A stretch of 64,000 nucleotides of DNA from Podospora anserina (lineage: Eukaryota). Positions 63,190 through 64,000 of this stretch are shown here, one piece after another. The notes beneath the pieces were generated by a model. That model ran no database searches. It was given only the letters and a program-made list of their open reading frames with translations, and was not told the origin of the DNA. Position numbers and translations under genes: made by a program. Position 1 is the first letter of the stretch; every line of letters begins with the position of its first letter. Where the stretch lies: the NCBI GenBank assembly GCA_017654855.1, contig CM030336.1, positions 2,170,001 to 2,234,000 of the forward strand, given 5' to 3'.

Positions 63190-64000
63190 TGTATCTCAAG
63201 AAGCGTAGAGTCACAGTTTTGACTCGGTTGTTGCGCTCCTAACTTTGCAATCTCTCTGTCCTCGGCTTCGACAGCACGCAGAGCGTGATAAGATAGCGTC
63301 TGTTATGAGGTGGTGTACGCCGAAATCAGCGAGAGATTCCCCAAGTTTCTAGACAAGAGAGGAAATGGTCGAGCTCGATTGGTGGTACGGATACTGTCAA
63401 GGGGGATGGTACACTAAAACGGTCCAAGGTAGAGATGTGTGGTGGGTGCAGAGTGGATGGGTGTACCCACGTTTCCGACGTCCAGAATTGACCAATTATG
63501 AACTTTATTTTATACTAATGGAATGTTCCTGGTCCCTGTATCCGGTCCATCGTCTTAACTATGCCGCCACGAACTGCGTGGGATGGCGTGGGTTGGACTA
63601 TCAAAGCGAACAGTTGCACATTGCATTCCGAGTATCGGAGGCAAAAAACGGAGTCATTTTTTCTACCGGCTTCCTGATTTCTTGGATGTGTCTACATGCC
63701 TTACGGGTAACCAGCTTGTATCCCTCTTCCCTCCCGCCGCTACCAGCGAAACACATGGCATTCAACATCAAACAAGAGCAGAAAGAAGCACTGTCTGGTG
63801 CCGCTATGTCAGTGGGCAGTGACCAAGTGTGCTTGCCATGCCAAATGGTGTCAATGAAGCTTTGTGGACAGCGACCCCCACCTTTCCGGAACGTGCCCCA
63901 CTCTTGCTACCTACACCTCAATCCTCCCAGTCATCGAAGGACACAAGGATTGGCAGAGGACTAGAAGTGAGAGAGAGTCTCAATAGAAGACACTTTAGCA

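Noticed and set aside
63365-63964. 199-aa ORF at the window end
   Set aside because: No recognisable domain or codon pattern; lies in the upstream region of cystathionine gamma-synthase.

Overview
Fungal genomic window (filamentous ascomycete; Sordariomycete/Hypocreales-like by inference from gene content) with two sharply separated halves. Bases 1-35127 are an AT-rich block of nested, RIP-mutated (C->T/G->A) LTR retrotransposons. It is dominated by three copies (E1, E2, E3) of one Ty3/gypsy chromovirus family plus several better-preserved LTRs, five of them solo LTRs with 5-bp TSDs (four of this family, one unrelated). Bases ~35270-64000 are ordinary intron-containing genes: a WD40-like gene and an amino-acid permease (both with apparent frameshifts), KGD2, complex I B22 subunit, divergent H2A/H2B, an SQS1-like G-patch/R3H gene, ATG4, a Jjj1-like DnaJ gene, an SPX-RING gene and cystathionine gamma-synthase. 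The most unusual signal is in the chromovirus family. Between pol and the 3' LTR each copy carries an antisense cassette: an ORF for a Zn(II)2Cys6-like/coiled-coil protein, followed 40-42 bp later by a 70-71-nt tRNA-like unit with a 6-nt anticodon loop and an oligo-T tract. The family's LTRs share one ~190-bp TATA/R/U5 module joined at the TATA box to about seven largely dissimilar U3 regions, most built from their own multimerised motif. The PBS appears to be of the Tf1 self-priming type, so the tRNA-like unit is probably not the primer. De-RIP reconstructions were made by eye, and coordinates of degraded relics are approximate.
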